Below are positions 36,588 through 48,924 of a DNA stretch of 64,000 nt, one piece after another. Location: assembly GCF_964213995.1 (NCBI RefSeq), contig NC_135808.1, forward strand, positions 69,192,001 through 69,256,000, read 5' to 3'. The translations under genes were made by a program, and so were the position numbers. The stretch comes from Mustelus asterias (Eukaryota). The notes under the pieces are model-generated. The model was not told the origin of the DNA and did not search any database. It saw nothing but the letters and a program-made list of their open reading frames with translations. The stretch's first letter is position 1. Each line of letters starts with the position of its first letter.

Positions 36588-37608
36588 ATAGTGGGGGGGA
36601 GGGTTCAGTTGTATGGAGAATTAGAAAATCAAAGTTAAAGGAGAGGGTAGAAATGCAGGTTAATGATGAGGACTTCCAACTAGTTAAAGGAGCCGAGGGC
36701 TCAGGAGTGGTTAGTAAAGTTTCCAAGACCACATAATAGAACAGAATATAGAAGGTGGCAGGAATCTAACTTCAGGCAGAGCAAAAAAGGTGACAAGTAT
36801 GAGAAGGGAGATGGTCAATACAGGACTGAGGGTGTTGTACCTAAAGGCACACAGTATACGGAACAAGGTAAATGAGCACGCGTTGCACACATTGAAATTG
36901 GCTGGTACGATGTTGTGGGCATCACAGAAACATGGCTGCAAGGGGATCAGAGCTGGGATCTAAATATCCAAGGATACGTGTCCTATCGGAAGGACAGGCA
37001 GATGGGCAAAGGGGGTGGGTTGCATTGTTAGTAAGGAATGAAGTTAAATCGATAGCAAGAAGTGATGTAGGATCAGAAGGCACAGAATCTTTGTGGGTAG
37101 AGCTGAGGAGTCGCAAAGGTAAAAAGACGCTAATGGGAGTTATGTACAGGCTCCCTAACAGTAGTCAGGATGTGGGGCAGAAAATAAATCGGGAGATAGA
37201 AAAGGCAATATTACAATAATCATGGGAGACTTCAATATGCAGGTGGACTGGGAAAATCAGGTAGGTAGTGGATCCCAAGAAAAGGAATTTGTGGAATGTC
37301 TCAGAGATGGCTTTTTGGAGCAGCTTGTGACAGAGCCTATTAGGGAACAGGCAATTCTGGATTTGGTGATGTGTGATGAGGCAGACTTGATTAGGGAACT
37401 TAAGGTGAAGGAACCCTTAGGGAGCAGTGGCCAGAATATTATAGAATTTACCCTGCAGTTTGAGAGGGAGAAGCTGGAATCTGGTGTAACAGTAATGCAA
37501 TTAAATAAAGTAACTACAAAGACATGAGGGAGGAGCTGGCCAGAGTTGATTGGAAAGGGAGCCTAGCAGGGCAGACAGTGGAACAGCAATGGCAGGAATT
37601 TTTAGGGG

Positions 37609-37916
37609 TGATGCGCGATTAAATCACTCGGGAGGCTGGATCGTACCCGGGAAATAAAGGCTTTTATTAGTAACAAGAATGGAGCATACTGCATAACAAT
37701 ACAATCCCAGACTAAAGGGTCACCAGGCAGTGCAGTGACCTTTATACTCCTACAGGTAGGCGGGGCCAACCGGAGTGTACCACAGAACAATACCAACAGG
37801 TAGAACACCCCAACCCTAACCCCAACAGTGACAACAGTAACATATGTACAAGTACCCATAGTGCTAACCATCTATGGTTCAGTACCCATAGTGGTAACCA
37901 TCTGTGGTTCACCACA
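37609..37916 (-). repeat. Solo LTR of the Gypsy family at 22416-26461
   Basis: Reverse-complement homology to 26186-26461, with 5-bp TSD agggg at 37604-37608 and 37917-37921. Confidence 0.95.
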
Positions 37917-38545
37917 AGGGGTAATTTGGAAGGCACAACAGAAATTCATCCCAAGGAGGAGGAAACATGTTAAGGGAAGGACGAGGCATCCATGGCTGAC
38001 GAGGGAAGTCAAGGACAGCATAAAAGCGAAAGAAAAAACTTACAAAGTGGCAAGGGTTACTGGGAAGCCAGAGGATTGGGAAGCCTTCAAAAGCGAACCG
38101 AAGACAACTAAAATAAAAATAAGGGGGGAGAAGATGAAATATGAGTGTAAACTAGCTAGTAATATGAAAGAAGAGAGGAAGAGTTTTTTTTCAATATATA
38201 AAAGGTAAGAGAGAGGCAAAAATAGCCATTGGACCATTGGAAAATGAGGCTGAAGAAGCAATAATAGGAAACAAAGGAATGGCAGAGGAACTGAATAGTT
38301 ACTTTGCATCAGTCTTCACGGTGGAAGACACCAGTGGGATGCCAGAGCTCCAGGAGAGTCAGGGGGCACAGGTGTGTGTAATGGCCATCACTAAGGAGAA
38401 GATTCTGGGGAAACTGAAAGGTCTGAAGGTGGATAAGTCACCTGGGCTGGATGGACTACACCAAAGGGTTATAAAAGAGATAGCTGAGAAAATTGTGGAG
38501 GCATTGATGGTGATCTTTCAGGAATCACTGGAGGCAGGGAGGGTC

Positions 38546-39167
38546 ATGATGTGGAGATGCCGGCGTTGGACTGGGGTGAACACAGTAAGAAGTCTCACAA
38601 CACCAGGTTAAAGTCCAACAGGTTTATTTGGTAGTAAATACCATAAGCTTTCGGAGCGCTGCTCCTTCGTCAGATGGAGTGGAAATGTGCTCTCAAACAG
38701 TGCACAGAGACACAAAATCAAGTTACAGAATACTGATTAGAATGCAAATCCCAGCCAGGTCTTAAAGGTACAGACAATGTGGGTGGAGGGAGCATTAAAC
38801 GCAGGTTAAAGAGATGTGTATTGTCTCCAGACAGAACAGCTAGTGAGATTCTGCAAGACCAGGAGGCAAGCTGTGGGGGTTACTGATAATGTGACATAAA
38901 TCCAACATCCCGGTTTAGGCCGTCCTCATGTGTGCGGAACTTGGCTATCAGTTTCTGCTCAGCGACTCTGCGCTGTCGTGTGTCATGAAGGCCGCCTTGG
39001 AGAATGCTTACCTGAAGATCCAAGGCTGAATGCCCGTGACTGCTGAAGTGCTCCCCCACAGGAAGAGAACAGTCTTGCCTGGTGATTGTCGAGCGGTGTT
39101 CATTCATCCGTTGTCGTAGCGTCTGCATGGTTTCCCCAATGTACCATGCCTCGGGACATCTTTTCCT
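38546..39167 (-). mobile_element. Penelope-like element 3' fragment (GIY-YIG C-terminus plus pLTR with hammerhead)
   Basis: CRKRCPEAWYIGET.QTLRQRMNEH...GLNRD. 12-bp TSD gcagggagggtc at 38534-38545 and 39168-39179. Confidence 0.93.
38641..38677 (-). ncRNA. Minimal type I hammerhead ribozyme motif
   Basis: ccat CTGACGA a ggagc-agc-gctcc GAAA gc TT atgg: intact core, stem I ccat/atgg, stem II, CUU site. Confidence 0.8.
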
Positions 39168-41340
39168 GCAGGGAGGGTCCCAGAGGACTGGAAAGTAGCT
39201 AACGTAACACCGCTGTTTAAGAAGGGAGGGAGGCAGCAGATGGGAAATTATAGGCCGGTTAGCCTGACTTCAGTCATTGGTAAGATTTTAGAGTTCATTA
39301 TTGAAAATGAGATCGTAGAGTACTTGGAAGTGCATGATAAAATAGGACTGAGTCAGCACGGCTTCGTCAAGGGGAGGTCATGTCTGAAAAATCTGTTCGA
39401 GTTCTTTGAGGAGGTAACAAAGAAATTAGATAAAGGAGAACCAGTGGATGTGATTTATTTAGATTTTCAAAAGGCTTTGGACAAGGTGCTGCATAGGAGA
39501 CTGTTAAATAAGTTAAGAGCCCATAGTGTTAAGTGTAAGATCCTGGCATGGACAGAGGATTGGCTGACTGGCAGAAGGCAGAAAGTAGGGATAAAGGGTC
39601 TTTTTCAGAATGGCAGCCAGTGACTAGTGATGTGCCTCAGGGCTCTGTGCTGGGACTACAACTTTTCACAATATACATTAACGATTTGGAAGAAGGAACT
39701 GAAGGCACTGTTGCTAAGTTTGCAGATGATACAAAGATATGTAAAGGGACAGGTAGTATTGAGGAAGCAGGTGGGCTGCAGAAGGACTTGGACAGGTTCG
39801 GAGAGTGGGCAAAGAAGTGGCACATGGAATACAATGTGGAAAAGTGTGAGGTTATGCACTTTGGAAGGAGGAATGGAGGCATAAACTATTTTCTAAATGG
39901 GGAAATGCTGAGGAAATCAGAAACACAAAGGGACTTGGGAGTCCTTGTTCAAGATTCCCTTAAGGTTAATGTGCAGGTTCAGTCGGCAGTTCGGAGGGCA
40001 AATGTAATATTCGCATTCGTGTCGAGAGGGCTAGAATACAAGAGCAGGGATGTACTTCTGAGGCTGCATAAGGCTCTGATCAGACCCCATTTGGAGTATT
40101 GTGAGCAGTTTTGGGCCCCGTATCTAAGGAAGGATGTATTGGCCTCGGAAAGGGTCCCGAGGAGGTTCACAAGAATGATCCCTGGATCAACTCAGCTTGT
40201 TGTATGAGGAAGGGTTGAGAACTCTGGGTCTGTACTCGTTGGAGTTTAGAAGGATGAGGGGGGGATCTTATTGAAACTTATAGGATACTGCGAGGCTTGG
40301 ATAGAGTGGACTTGGAGAACATGTTTCCACAAGTAGGAAAAACTAGAACCAAAGAGCACAAACTCAGGCTAAAGGGACAATCCTTTAAAACAGAGATGAG
40401 GAGGAATTTCTTCAGCCAGAGAGTGGTGAACCTGTGGAACTCTGCCGCAGAAGGCTGTGGAGGCCAGGTCATTGAGTGTCTTTAAGACAGAGATAGATAG
40501 GTTCTTGATTAATAAGGGGATCAGGGATTATGAGGAAAAGGCAGGAGAATGGGGATGAGAAAAATATCAGCTGTGATTGAATAGCGGAGCAGACACGATG
40601 GACCGAATGGCCTAATTCTGCTCCTATGTCTTATGGTCTTATCCAGGACAAAGCAGTCCCCTTGATCAGCACCCCGTCCAACACCATAAGTGTTCACTGC
40701 CTCTACCACTGGCACACAGTGATAGCAGTGTGTACCATGTACAACATGCATTGCAACAACTTCCTAAGCCTCCTTCAACATCACCTTTTAAATCTGCAAC
40801 TTCTACCACTTTGAAGGGGAAGGGCAACAGATGCATGGGAAGAACATCACCAGCAAGTTCTGCTCTAAACCACAAACCATCCTTGCAATTATATTGACAT
40901 TCCTTTCCTGGCACTGGAACTTCTAGAACTTAAAGTCTCTCCCAAGCAGCAGCGCAGATGTACCTGCACCAGATAGACAGCAGTAGTTTAACAAGTTGGA
41001 TTACCACTACTTTTTCAAGGGCAATCAGGAATGATCAACAAATTCTAGATGAACATTCACATTATACAACCACACCATGTCATTGCTGTCGTAATGGTTA
41101 ATGGCCTCCTTTTCTGATGTACTGTCAAAAGCGTCTTTGGTACCAACCCATTTTCCACCCTCTAATTTCCCAATGCTGCCCAAAACCCACTGACCCTCAT
41201 CCAGCTGGTATCTGTTTGAAAAACTCCAAACTTCTTAAAAGCCTCTATGTTGACAAGAACTCTCTGCAGAACTTTTGCCATAGAAAGCCAAAAGTAGGTA
41301 AGCACTAAAACTTCACAAAGAAATCTGAAGTCTAAGGATT

Positions 41341-41540
41341 CATAAGAACATAAGAAATAGGAGCAGGAGTAGGCCATCTGGCCCCTCGAGCCTGCCCCGC
41401 CATTCAATAAGATCATGGCTGATCTGAAGTGGATCAGTTCCACTTACCCGCTTGATCCCCATAACCCCTAGTTCCATTACCGATCAGGAATCCATCTATC
41501 CGTGATTTGAACATATTCAACGAGGTAGCCTCCACCACTT
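41341..41540 (-). mobile_element. Young CR1 3' end
   Basis: cataagaacataagaaataggagcaggagtaggccat tail, with a candidate ttcat TSD. Confidence 0.85.
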
Positions 41541-43130
41541 CATGAAAGGTTCCTGCATTTCACTGGTGAGTTTCTGGAGCGTGGGAAACTCATACTGGAG
41601 ACAATGAATTGAAAAGAATAGTTAAATCAACTGACTTCCCATTTCCATCATTTGTGTAATTATACCATTAAATCATTTAACTCCGGCCAACTTGTGCTCA
41701 CGATCACACCAACTGGAGCGAGCAGCCAAGCACACCTCAGTTAAAACCAACAGTTGCCGCAATGGAGCTGGGTTGCATGCATGTTTCAATTTTCTTCTAT
41801 TTTCACTCTCCAGCCCAACCATTCTAGGGCATTAGTGCTGTATCCAGCATTATGTATCTATCGGTAAATCTGCTGATATGATGGGTACATTGCACATCAA
41901 ATCATGATGAATAATTCATTCTGAAACAACATATGGACAAAAATAAATGTTGAGTTTCATATCTCTACAAGATGTTTCTTTGTTTTCATGAGTCACATTG
42001 AATAACTTTCTTGTGGGTAGTTAAAATAAAACTGTATTCAGCAAATTGACAAGAAAATTGAGTACTCAGATGTTATGACTATACTCAAATACAATCAAAA
42101 TATGTTAGAGATACACAGCAGGTCATGACTACATAGTGACCAAACCATTAGAATATGCTGTGGTTCAAACATGGATGAAAGAGCGGAACTCCAGAGGTGA
42201 GGTGACAGTGACTGACATTGACATCAAGGCACCACCCTTTCAGATAATTCATAGCAGATTATAATAACTTGCTGCATTAAATTTTCTTTCTGCATGTTGC
42301 TCTGGTTCTTTTGCCAATTACCTTAAAGCTGACATTTGCAGCTAAATGATATCAGTTCTTTTCTGTTTTAAAAAATAAATCGTGCTTATATAGTCGTGGA
42401 ACAGGACAATGAGCAGGCAGCCTTCCCCTGACCATTTCAGCAAACTGTAAGGAGACACAAGAGCAGCTTAGGATCATGTGCCTACATTTGGCCGATACAA
42501 CTGAGTACTGGAATTTGTGGTTATAGGAATTTAGATGGCTAATACCAGTGGTTGCTCTCCCTTTGCACATAGATGCACATCACTGGGAACTAACAGTTGA
42601 ACTAATTGATTTGATGATAATTATTCAGTATAAAAGGCAAATAGCTTCCATTGCTATCTGGTTTGGAGATGCGGCCCTTGTTTAGGAATGATTTATTTCT
42701 ACATCTTGTTATTGTTTTTAAAAGTGGAAGCACGCTTTACCACAGAATTCTCTTCCTGACTCATGAATCTATGATAAGGATACAGTTCTTTTAGCATATG
42801 TTACTGTAAAGTTAAAGAAACATACATCTTCGAATACTATTTATGGAGGTCCTCAGGTATTCCCTTCATTCATTCACGTGTGCTCTGCCCAAAGACAGGA
42901 CCTTTGGCTTATTGCCTGCTCCATATCTGAAATGATTAGGAACTCGTGGAGTCAACAATAATTAATTCTGCAAATGAAATTTTAAATTGTATTGTATCAA
43001 AATAAAATTACAGTGCTTTCTACGTCCTTTTCTTATCCAAATGTCCAATTACCAATATATTGTGGTTGATCTAACTTGGCTGTTTGTGAATATTGTTGTG
43101 ATGTTAGTGTTTAGATGTAGTAGGAGTCCT

Positions 43131-43165
43131 CACCTGATGAAGGAGCAGCGTTCCGAAAGCTCGTG
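43131..43165 (+). ncRNA. Minimal type I hammerhead motif in a ~95-bp Penelope end fragment (43128-43222)
   Basis: cac CTGATGA a ggagc-agc-gttcc GAAA gc TC gtg. Confidence 0.78.
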
Positions 43166-43430
43166 CTACCAAATAAATCGACTGGACTTTAACCTGGTGT
43201 TGTGAGAGACTTCTTACTGTGGATTTATCTAAACAGCATTCCATTAGAATAGTGTTTTATTCAGTTTGTTAATAGTTTTGTTAACCTGTTCACTGTTAGT
43301 TAGATAAATAACATGCTACTTGTTGCTTTACAGAGAGAGTCTCAGGTAGTTATTTTGATTTGACCACTAAAAGTTGCTGAAATGCAGATATTACCCCTTC
43401 TCAAACACTCTTTAACAGATTATGAAGGGA

Positions 43431-43671
43431 CTCCCTGTTGATGTAGACAGGGGCATGTCCTCCAGGATGCTTCCTAAAGTCAATGACTATCTCTTTCATT
43501 TTGCTGACTTTGAGAGTGAGATTATTGTTGTCACACCAGTTCACTAGATTCTCTATCTCTTTCCTGTACTCCACCTCATTATAGTTTGAGATTCGACCCA
43601 CTACAGTGGTGTCATCAGCAAGCTCGAAAATAGTGTTGGAGGGAGATTTGGCCACACAATCATGTATAAGG
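43431..43671 (-). mobile_element. Rex1/Babar RT segment, inverted relative to its continuation at 44118-45100
   Basis: [32 protein letters not shown]...APVYIN. Confidence 0.85.
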
Positions 43672-43699
43672 GTTGGTCAGAGTTCTGTGCAACACAAAC

Positions 43700-44115
43700 T
43701 ACACCGGATAGCCATGTGGCTCAGAGTTAAATTCAATACTTTTGGTATTAGGTCATGTGATCCTATGTCAACCCTGGGTGTAAATAAATTGCACTCCTGT
43801 GCTTTTTTAACATAGCAGATCTCCTGTGGCGTTATTCTAAAACGCGAGTCGATGCGGCTTCCCTCTCATTGAATATAAAAAAATCCCACAGCACAGCTGA
43901 AAGAATAGGGCCATTCCCCTGGCTAATGGTTATGTCTGAACCTCCATCAACATCATACAAATAATCCAGTTGCTGCGAGTGGGATCTTGCTGAGTGCAAA
44001 TGATTTATCCCGATATTCCGTCAGTGAGTATGCTTCAGAAACCAACACTCAATTAGCTGCAACATGGTTTGGGACATCTTGTAGTTATGAAAATTTTCTA
44101 TCCAAATATAAGTTG
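43700..44115 (+). mobile_element. Ancient DeuSINE
   Basis: Decayed head (gccatgtggctcag), Deu core (aaaatccca..gcac; gtgggatcttgctgagtgcaaat) and an L2-type tail. Confidence 0.55.
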
Positions 44116-44117
44116 AT

Positions 44118-45100
44118 GTTTGAGAGCTTCAGGTTTCATAGAATCCCTACTGTGCAGAAAGAGGCCATTTGGCCCATCGAGTCTGCACCGACCACAATCC
44201 CACCCAAGCCCTATTCCCGTAATCTCACATATTTACCCTGCTAATCTTCCTGACACTAGGGTCAATTTAACATGGCCAATCAACCTAACCCACTCACCTT
44301 TGGACTGTAGGAGGAAATCGGAGCACCTGATCCAACTGTACATTAAATAATGAATTCCCCGCAGACACGGGGAGAATGTGTTAACTCCACACAGACAGTG
44401 ACCCGAGGCTGGAATTGAACCTGGGTCCCTGGCACTGTGAGGCAGCAGTGCTAATCACTGTACCACCGTGCCACCCTGGTCTAGGTGTTCAAATCACCAA
44501 CAATCTATCGTGGTCCCTCCACGCTGACGCTATAGTTAAGAAAGCTCACCAACACCTCTACTTTCTCAGCATGCTAAGGAAAATCAGCATGTCCACTACG
44601 AATCTCACCAATTTTTTACAGATGCACAATTGAAAGCACCCTATCCAGTTGTATCATAGCTTGGTATGGCTCCTGCTCTGACCAAGACCACAATAAACTA
44701 CAAAGTGTTGTGAATGTGGCCCAATCCATCATGCAAAGCAGCCTCCCATCCATTGACTCCGTCTATACTTCCCACTGCTTCGGGAAATCAACCAGCATAG
44801 TCAAGGACCCCACGCACCCCAGATATACTCTTCCACCTTTTTCCGTCAGGAAAAAGATACAAAAGTCTAAAAACATGTACTAACTGACTCAAGAACAACT
44901 CTGTTGACATCAGACTTTTGAATGGTCCTATCGTATATTAAGCTAATCTTTCTCTTCACCCTACCTGTAACTGCAACACTATATTCTGCACCCTATCCTT
45001 CCCCTATGTACTTTATGAATGGTATGTTTTGCCTGTATAGCACGCCAGAAACAGTACTTTTCACTGTATCCCAATGCATGTGACAATAAATCAAATCAAA
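44118..45100 (+). mobile_element. Rex1/Babar 3' part, interrupted by an HE1 SINE
   Basis: ESFRF|[29 protein letters not shown], ending in aataaatcaaatcaaa. Confidence 0.88.
44137..44477 (-). mobile_element. HE1-type V-SINE with a 30-bp foreign insert
   Basis: Standard HE1 structure. The insert at 44328-44357 is identical to 45560-45589. Confidence 0.9.
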
Positions 45101-47286
45101 TAAGTTATTTTCCTTCTGTGTTTACAGAATAGTTTTCAATGGAAGATGTGACAGACGTACTGATTCTATCAATATGATGTATTTTATGCTATCTTTACTG
45201 CAGCAAATCTTTTCTAATTATATATGTTGCCCTTTTTATATATCTTTTCCATGTATCTATTTTCTTCTTAAATCCTGCTCGCAGTCATTCTTCACAAAAA
45301 TGCATTGCTCAACATCAGTGAGACTATTCATTTTAAGAATGGTGTATGGGTGAGTCTGCTGTGTCTTTTAGTGCTGTTAACAACGAGGCACAAATCCCAT
45401 CGGATGCTTCCACGTATACTAATAATGGGAAAAATCCATCATCACCTTGACTGATACACCTTGAACCAGACTATAATCTCTGGATGCAGGCAAAATAGAT
45501 CGATAACAAAGAAATATCAAAAGTACAGCAGAAACCACAATTCTTATAGTTAGTCATTTTGATCCAACTGTACATTAAATAATGAATTCAGATAACATCT
45601 TGAATCAATAACTTAAGCACTGATTTTCTTTAGATGGACTTCTCACCTCCTTTCAGTTGTCGTTCGTTGTATGAGTTATGTAAACATTTCTAAATTAATG
45701 TTAAAGTAAAATGGCAAGAAAACATGTTTTAGTTTTTGCTAAATTGGGGATTTTCATGCTTATCTGATGAGATTGTTGAGCACAATATTGTATTTGTTAT
45801 CTGCAATCTGGTAGGGATATACAAATCTCTATCATGCCTATATGTATTGGTTCAATTTAATATTGATAAAACAGCAACACATTGCAAATGAACAGGCAGA
45901 GAACAGATCAATTGAAAGTAGAAAAACAAACTACCCTTAGGCTCTACAATGGATACGTAAGAACATCCAATCAAAACTTACATTGAATGCATTGACATCA
46001 ATAAGGCAATAGAAAAGACAATACAAACGAATGAAACAGCTCAAATTTTTTGAGAATCTTGTATCTGCCATTATGATTTCTCAGAAAATGAGGAAATTAG
46101 GGGAGTGAAATTCAGTCATGTAGTTGCCTACCTCTGTATCTTCAGGGCAGGATATGCCACTGGCTACTTCCTGTGAGGCCCACACGGCATTGGGTTTAAG
46201 CAAAGTATCATCTGCATGTGCTGGACGATGTTGATTTGACGCTATCCTGACATCACACAGCCCAACCGTTCGATGTGAAACCAAGGTTCCACATTTGGCA
46301 TTGAATGTGCAGGCAGCATCTGTGTGTTTGCTCTGGAGGTAGAAGTGTGAAGCTAATAAATGGGCTCGGAATGTACCCTGGACACATTCTGATGACTTCT
46401 TGGATTTGCCAGAGAGTGTTGCCATCCTCACAGGGGTGACAGTGGAACAGGAGGTCACTTGCGCACTAAAGCTACAACAAGTATGGGGGCAGCATTGACA
46501 GGATCTCTGTGTCTTTGGCATGACAGAGAGTTGGAGTAGAGGCTGTAGAGAGGACAAGCTCTGCACCTACCCTCCTGCCAAGTTGACAGTAACAGCAGGA
46601 TGTCTGGCAAGCTAGCCAATACCCCTGGCACCTTGCTGCTCATGCAAATTCAGTGCTCTCCTGTATGCTGCCCGCTCAATGTCCTCATCTGAAGCATCTG
46701 CAGCAGTACTAATCTGTGCCCTCCAGTAAGCTGGCAAATGACCATCCTCTACCGCTGGCCTGATTGCAGCCCACTCACCATGTGCTACTCTCTACAAGCT
46801 TCCAAGGTAAGTGCAGTGCCAGTGTCTGAACTGGTGGCTACAAGGGCCAGATTAAATGTCAATGTATGTGTTGTGGTTTTGCTCTTTTTTCCTTCCCCCA
46901 GGGAATCCTGTGGCTGGACAGATAACAGCTCTTGGGTGTCTGAAAGCAGGAACTCAAGGGGAATGAGATTGGGTTGAGAAGCAAACTGTCCATGTTCACA
47001 ACATCAGCAGCTTGTACATCAGGTAGCAGGATGAGGATGAGCTGGGAGTTGAGAAGGGGCATCAGGCGGGAAGGTTCTGTCATCCTCAATGTTCTGAGAA
47101 ATGTTAGGTGTCACAGTTGCCCCATGGTACAGAGTACCATCTTCTATGTCGAACTCAGAAGAGGCAGATGTTCTTTTCTGCCGCTGTTTCTGCTCTGTTC
47201 TCATTTATTGGGCAGTATTTTGCTCTCTGGACACACAGCCAAGTTTTCTTTCCAGATTCTCTGGCACTCTGTGCACAGAATGTTTG

Positions 47287-47888
47287 GGGGTGTGGTTTTT
47301 GCCATAGGCTGGTGGGGCGGGGCCTGATGGAGCCAGCAATGTCAGCAGGGCATCCCGATCTGTGTCAAAACAATATTTCCACCATCATGGATAGCGGGAG
47401 CCCCACCCCTCCCCGACAAAGCACCGGGACAACCCCCACCTCTCCAACAAAGCCACTGAGGCAAACCCCCCCTGACAAGTACTGGGATAACAACACCCCC
47501 ATCCCCAATAAACACCGGGATATCACCCCCCCCCCCGACAAAGTCACTGATGCAAACCCTCCCGTCCAGCAGGCAATGGGGTAACAACATCCGCCCCTGA
47601 CAAATCACAGGGGTAACCCCCACCAACAGATAAGAGGAACCCCCACAAGCAAGGGGGCAACTCTGCCACCATAAGCACTGGGGCAAGCCCCCCCATACAT
47701 AAGGGGACCCCCTCCCTCCCAATGGTGCTCCCCAGAGGGCCCGCCTCATGACAGAACTTCAACTGTTATGTGGCTTCTATAAAACTGCAATGGAAGCTGA
47801 GACATTCGCCATCAAGTTCTGTTTCACTGTTGGTTTTACAAATGTTCCCATGGAAAAGGTCACCAGTTCCACTGGAAAACATGGGCTC
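47287..47888. mobile_element. Nested GC-rich Harbinger-type MITE
   Basis: C-run-rich interior like 5395-6503, with degenerate TIRs gggtgtggttttgcc / ggaaaacatgggct. Confidence 0.45.
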
Positions 47889-48635
47889 CAAACCCTGCAC
47901 CAAGCCAGGCTCCTCGACAGCTTTCTGGCAGGCCTGTTAATGCTCCAAACATTTCTGTCTGGGTCGATCTTCCCCTGAGAGCCTTCCCTGTGTCATTTGC
48001 AGAAAAACTCCTCGCTCTCCAGTGTGCAATCCTTTCCTCCTGTCCTGGTTACAGACCATTCATGCTCAATACTCACCATATTCAGGTCCCAGCTCTGAGT
48101 TACTCTCTGAAATGCCTGAACTAGAGTGAGTGACTGTGTCTTTTCATCATCAACCATTTTTCCTTCTACCACAACATTGTTCCCACAACACTGCCTGGCC
48201 AGGTGGCAGTTCTTGGGTATCTGAATGGAGAAAAGCACATAGGTAGGGCTGTAGTGGAAGGAAGCAAGTGGGCCATATTTAAACCACCTGAAGCTTGTAG
48301 GTGGAAGGAAGAAGTGGAATGTGAGAAGAAAGGATTTGGTATTCTGTCGTTTCAGTGTATCAAGTCACTGTTGGCCATGGCCTCAGCAAGTGTTGCTCCA
48401 TTCATGCGAGCACCATCACTTCGATCAGGGTGAGGATAGGCAGCTATTCCTGTCCCTCACCAGTTAGCTCCTGCTGCCTCCAGTTATGTACCACCTTGTC
48501 CTGCAAGAGAGCAGCAAGTGCGTCATGTCAGTGAGTGTGGTGTAGTCTGGGTGAAGTGTCTGTAAGCTGTATGATGTGGGTGTGAGGCTTGTAGCGTGTA
48601 TGTGAAAGTGTGATGAAGCTATGAATGTGAAGTAT

Positions 48636-48924
48636 CATAGAATCATCGAATCCCCACAGTAAAGAAGAAGGCCATTCGGCCCATTGAGTCTGTACCGACC
48701 ACAATCCCACCCAGGCCCTATTCCCGTAACCCTCATTTTACCCTGCTAACCCCCCTGACACTAGGATCAATTTAACATGGCCAATCAACCTAACCCGGAC
48801 ATCTTTGGAGTGTAGGAGGAAACCCAGGCAGACACAGGGAAAAAGTGCAAACTCCACACAGACAGTAAACCAAGCTGGAATTGAACCTGGGCCCGTGGCG
48901 CTATGAGACAGCAGTGCTAACCCA
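48636..48924 (-). mobile_element. HE1-type V-SINE
   Basis: Tail, V domain and most of the tRNA head are present. Confidence 0.88.

Larger units (their letters stand above)
36820..40520 (+). pseudogene. CR1 ORF2 (APE endonuclease plus RT), fragmented
   Basis: GITETW, MGDFN, ILDLV, NYRPVSLTS, YLDFQKA, VPQGSVLG, KFADDTK, RPHLEYC..W.P. Confidence 0.9.
35757..40640 (+). mobile_element. CR1 (HER1-like) LINE, nearly complete but decayed (5' of ORF1 missing)
   Basis: ORF1 esterase, then ORF2 APE and RT, then a 3' UTR ending tctgctcctatgtcttatggtctt. Confidence 0.93.
33900..41065 (+). mobile_element. Old CR1/L2-group LINE 3' portion in three pieces (~33900-33983, 35578-35756, 40641-41065), hosting nested insertions
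   Basis: IQASADKWQVTF | AMTISSKRESNHLPLTFGSITIAESPTVNILGVAIDQKPNW | IQDKAVPLISTP... are collinear with the copy at 2279-3008. Confidence 0.7.
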
